64,000 nucleotides of DNA from an uncultured Fibrobacteria bacterium (GTDB taxonomy: Bacteria > Fibrobacterota > Fibrobacteria > UBA11236), in assembly GCA_963716395.1 (NCBI GenBank), contig OY970309.1, positions 1,984,001 to 2,048,000 on the forward strand, written 5' to 3'. Within the stretch, counting starts at the first letter, position 1; each line of letters opens with the position of its first letter. Below, one piece after another: positions 60,321 to 64,000 of this stretch. The notes under the pieces were generated by a model. It searched no databases. It was given only the letters and a program-made list of their open reading frames with translations, and was not told the origin of the DNA. Position numbers and translations under genes: made by a program.

Positions 60321-62813
60321 ATGCTTAATAATTTCGACGCGCGGGGAAAAATCGGCTTTTGCATGGCGTCGGGATTTTTTTTGTTTTCCGCCGGATTGGC
60401 CGCGGCCCAGGTGGCGCAGACGATCACCTTGCCGGCCAAAGTGCGCGACATGCACGAATGCATCAATGAAGATGCGACCAGTTATGCCGATGGCCAGCCT
60501 TCGGATTGCAGCGCCCTCAATGCCAATCCGGATTTCGAGCATTTCGGCACCTGTAATGACACCGGTTACGTAGCGCCAACGATTTCCACCGCGGGGGATC
60601 TGGGCGACAGCACGGTCTTCGCCATGGACAACCGCACCCCGGTCAAGACCGCCAAATTGATCAGCTCTTCGGGGGGCCACCCCTGTTATACCAGTGTCGC
60701 CAATTTCGATACCTGGTTCAACGATCGCACCGATCCGACCCATCCCGGAAGCGCCCAAGACATCAATCGGCCCTTCATCACCAATCTGACTTTCAACTAT
60801 GACGCGGCCACCGGCCAGTATGAATTCCTGGGGAACTCGAACAACTATTTCCCTTTGGACTCCGTCGCTTTCAATCCCGGGACGGCTTTGTATAAAACCC
60901 AAGCCATCCCCGGTGATAATCCCCAAACTTTCGGAGACCTGCAAGAGCGCGCCACCGCGCCTTACAACACCACCGACTATGCGCACGATTTCGGTTTTAC
61001 CACGGAATTCCACCGATACTTCACCTATTTGCAGGGGACCAACCAAGTGTTCACCTTCACCGGAGACGACGATGTGTGGGTGTTCATCAACGGCAAACTG
61101 GCCATCGATCTGGGCGGTGTTCACGCCTCGGAATCGCAATCGGTGAATCTGGACAACATCAGCACCCAGTTCGGAATGGTGAATAACCAGAGTTACATCC
61201 TGGATTTCTTTTTGGCGGAACGGCATTCCACGGGCTCGGATTGCCAAATCACCACCAGCCTGGCGCTGCGGGCCACTCCGCAGGTGGGCATCCCCAGCGC
61301 CGACCCCACCAATCCGAATGGTGGAGCTGTCGTGTTCACCACCCCCAGCCAAGTCGTTACGCTTTCCGATACCACCCAAGGGGCTGTGATTTGGTACACC
61401 ACCGACGGGTCGGCGCCGGATACCCTGAGTCCCAATACCCATCGGTACACCGGACCCATTACGCTCACCGCGACCACCACGTTGAATGCCATCGCGACCA
61501 AATCGGGGTCCAGTAACAGCCCGGTCCTCACCCAGGTCTATACCCGGCAAATTTTAGGGCCCTCCACCCTGGAAATCCTGGACGGAAACGGAAATCCCCT
61601 TACCGTGGGGTATCTCTCCAATCTGAATACCGCCTATGCAATTCGCCTGACCACCCAAGCCGGTGTGGACACGGTCGTCTTATCGGCCCAAACCAGAGTA
61701 AGCCATGACGTCGAATCCGCGCTGTCCGTCTTCAATCCTACCCGAGCGAACGGAGCGCAGGTTTTCACCGACCCGATCCCTTTGCATTTGGGGGTGGCAG
61801 CCGTCAGCGGCGACGGACAAACCGAAGCCGCGGAGTATGATACCCTCACGGTTTCCTGGCAAAATCCCTTGAACCCGGCGGATCATCCCACGGCTTCCAT
61901 TCCAATTCGTCCCGCGCCCCAACAAGCCACGGCTGTTTTCAGTGCCAGCGCCACAGGCTCGCCGGCCACAACGACCTTCGTCGGCACGGAAGCGACTCTT
62001 TATTTCGTGGTGCAGGATGAACCTTTGCCGGCCAATCTGACCGCTACGGCGAAAATCATTACGGTCCCTTCACCCGATGCCGTGGCCCATCAGCCGGATA
62101 CGCTCATCGTACCCCTGGTGTGCGCCCATGGGACCTGCATCGGCGCCATTCCCACCGCCATCGCAGGCCCGTCGAATCCCGCGAATGCCACCCTGGAAGT
62201 GTGGGGAGGGGATCAGGTGCAAGGCGTGTACATCGATCCGATGGATGGGGATTCCGCCCATGCCGCGGCCCAATTCGGCAATGCCCCCCCGGTGCTCAAC
62301 GGGGTGGTGGTGGTCGATCGACTTTTGCCGGCCCCCAAAGGGGTGATCGTGCAGGGTCCGATTTCCGACCCGATTGTGATTCGCGGCGGCATTAGTTCGG
62401 TGACGCGGCTCACCAACGATTCGGCGAGCGTAACCGGGGGAACCTGTATTTATAACTGCGCTCCCAACGTCGTGGCGAATGCCGATCCGACGCATACTCC
62501 GGCCTTCGTGTTCAAGGTGTTGTCGCCCTTCAGTTTTTCCGCCGATATCTTTGATCACTTGGGCGAATTCGTAAACAAATCGCAGGGCACGGTGGACAGC
62601 AGTCTCTGGAATACGTTGCCGCGCCAAGGCGATTCGGTGGTGGTGATGATGAATATCATTCCCGTGTCCAAAAATGGACAACAATTCGGAACCGGGGTTT
62701 ATATCATCAAGTCCACCATCACCACCCAGGCCGGCACCGACCCCGCCAACCAAAGCCACATCACCGCCGCCACCAAGGAGTTCATCTCCAATTTCGGGTA
62801 TATCCGGCCGTGA
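60321..62813 (+). CDS. Fibro-slime (PA14-related) domain protein with CHB_HEX_C/FN3-associated domain and C-terminal sorting-like domain
   Basis: Signal AAA-Q; NPDFE, YFPLD, HDFGFT, FTGDDDVWVFINGKLAIDLGGVH, FLAERH; IWYTTDGS; ends GTGVY...FGYIRP. Confidence 0.9.
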   Translation: MLNNFDARGKIGFCMASGFFLFSAGLAAAQVAQTITLPAKVRDMHECINEDATSYADGQPSDCSALNANPDFEHFGTCNDTGYVAPTISTAGDLGDSTVFAMDNRTPVKTAKLISSSGGHPCYTSVANFDTWFNDRTDPTHPGSAQDINRPFITNLTFNYDAATGQYEFLGNSNNYFPLDSVAFNPGTALYKTQAIPGDNPQTFGDLQERATAPYNTTDYAHDFGFTTEFHRYFTYLQGTNQVFTFTGDDDVWVFINGKLAIDLGGVHASESQSVNLDNISTQFGMVNNQSYILDFFLAERHSTGSDCQITTSLALRATPQVGIPSADPTNPNGGAVVFTTPSQVVTLSDTTQGAVIWYTTDGSAPDTLSPNTHRYTGPITLTATTTLNAIATKSGSSNSPVLTQVYTRQILGPSTLEILDGNGNPLTVGYLSNLNTAYAIRLTTQAGVDTVVLSAQTRVSHDVESALSVFNPTRANGAQVFTDPIPLHLGVAAVSGDGQTEAAEYDTLTVSWQNPLNPADHPTASIPIRPAPQQATAVFSASATGSPATTTFVGTEATLYFVVQDEPLPANLTATAKIITVPSPDAVAHQPDTLIVPLVCAHGTCIGAIPTAIAGPSNPANATLEVWGGDQVQGVYIDPMDGDSAHAAAQFGNAPPVLNGVVVVDRLLPAPKGVIVQGPISDPIVIRGGISSVTRLTNDSASVTGGTCIYNCAPNVVANADPTHTPAFVFKVLSPFSFSADIFDHLGEFVNKSQGTVDSSLWNTLPRQGDSVVVMMNIIPVSKNGQQFGTGVYIIKSTITTQAGTDPANQSHITAATKEFISNFGYIRP

Positions 62814-62838
62814 AGAACAGGGTTGCGGAAACGGGCCG

Positions 62839-64000
62839 CTACACCGCGAGGGCGGCTTTTACCAGGTGATAGAACAAAGGCGCGGGCCGGCGCAAATTGC
62901 TCGTGAGTTCCGGGTGGAATTGGCAGCCCATGAAATATTTGTGGCCCGGTAATTCCAACACCTGCATGATGTTTTCCTGCGGATGCTTGCCGGAAAACAA
63001 CAGGCCCTTTTCCGACAGGGCACGGATATAATCCGGGTTCACCTCGTAGCGGTGGCGGAAACGCTCGCGGATGAGGGTGCGGCCGCCGTAAATTTCGCTG
63101 GCCCGGCTGCCGGGAAGTAATTCCACGTCATGACCGCCCAGGCGCATGGTGCCGCCTTTTTGCGACACATGGCGCTGCCCCGGTAGAATATCGATGACCG
63201 GATGTTCGACCGTGACGCCGTCTTCGCGCACCTCGGTGGTATTGGCGCCGGGCAGGCCGCACACATTGCGGGCGAACTCCACCACGGCCAATTGCATGCC
63301 ATAGCAGATGCCGAGATAGGGAAGGTTTTTTTCGCGCGCGAATTGCACGACGCGGATTTTGCCTTCGATGCCGCGACTGCCGAAGCCGCCGGGCACGATG
63401 ATGCCGTCGGCCCCCGCCAAGGCTTCAGCCGCGTCTTCGACGCTGCGGATTTTCGCGGTGTCGACCCATTGGATATCCGGGCGCACGTCGAGATGGGCGC
63501 CCGCGTGGGTGACCGCCGCGGCCACCGAGGCGTAGGAATCTTCCAGCGCGGTGTATTTGCCGCACAGGGCGATGGACACGGTGCGCGTGGGGTTGACGAG
63601 ATTTTTCTTGATGTTGTGGACCCAGGTCTCCCATTGGCGGGTGTCGGGCGGCGAATAGATGTCGAGCGCCGAATGCAGAATGGCCGGCAGGCCTTCGCGC
63701 TCGTAGATGAGGGGGATCTCGTACACGGTTTCCACATCGGGCCCGGAGATCACGTGGCTGGCGGGGATGTTGCAGTACGAGGCGATTTTCTCCTTGATGG
63801 GCGGAATCAGCAATTCGGGGCAGCGGCCGATCACCACGTTGGGCTCGATGCCTTTTTCGTTGAGCATGCGCACCGACATCTGCGTCGGCTTGCTTTTTTG
63901 TTCATGCACGCCTTCGGGCACGGGCACATAGGTGAGATGGATGTAGATGACGTTTTCTTCGCCCACGTCGCGCCGCAACTGGCGAATGGCTTCGAGGTAA
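62839..64000 (-). CDS. pyrG: CTP synthase, 5' part outside the window
   Basis: KSKPTQ, GKY..LEDSY, PGGFGSRG, GICYGMQ, GGTMRLG, RHRYEVN, QFHPE. Confidence 0.97.
   Translation of the reverse strand, partial: YLEAIRQLRRDVGEENVIYIHLTYVPVPEGVHEQKSKPTQMSVRMLNEKGIEPNVVIGRCPELLIPPIKEKIASYCNIPASHVISGPDVETVYEIPLIYEREGLPAILHSALDIYSPPDTRQWETWVHNIKKNLVNPTRTVSIALCGKYTALEDSYASVAAAVTHAGAHLDVRPDIQWVDTAKIRSVEDAAEALAGADGIIVPGGFGSRGIEGKIRVVQFAREKNLPYLGICYGMQLAVVEFARNVCGLPGANTTEVREDGVTVEHPVIDILPGQRHVSQKGGTMRLGGHDVELLPGSRASEIYGGRTLIRERFRHRYEVNPDYIRALSEKGLLFSGKHPQENIMQVLELPGHKYFMGCQFHPELTSNLRRPAPLFYHLVKAALAV

Overview
GC-rich bacterial chromosomal segment, most consistent with Fibrobacterota (fibro-slime protein, SprA/T9SS translocon, CAZymes with T9SS-like C-terminal tails). 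It holds about 52 CDSs, one tRNA-Leu(TAG), a fluoride riboswitch-crcB-DUF190 unit and one MITE-like element. Core genes include speA, class I fumarase, lepB, dapF, tig-clpP-clpX, rne/rng, coaD, rsmD and pyrG. I found no CRISPR array, prophage, transposase or defence island. Best leads: an uncharacterised FMN/Fe-S-like oxidoreductase paired with an Mpo1-like dioxygenase; a recurring TANNNT-N6-start-codon architecture suggesting widespread leaderless mRNAs; an apparent PilN-PilO fusion downstream of comEA-pilM; a DinG fusion with an intact exonuclease but a decayed helicase; an orphan eboAB pair; and a tandem-expanded lipobox in LptE. All calls come from reading motifs by eye; no database searches were run.
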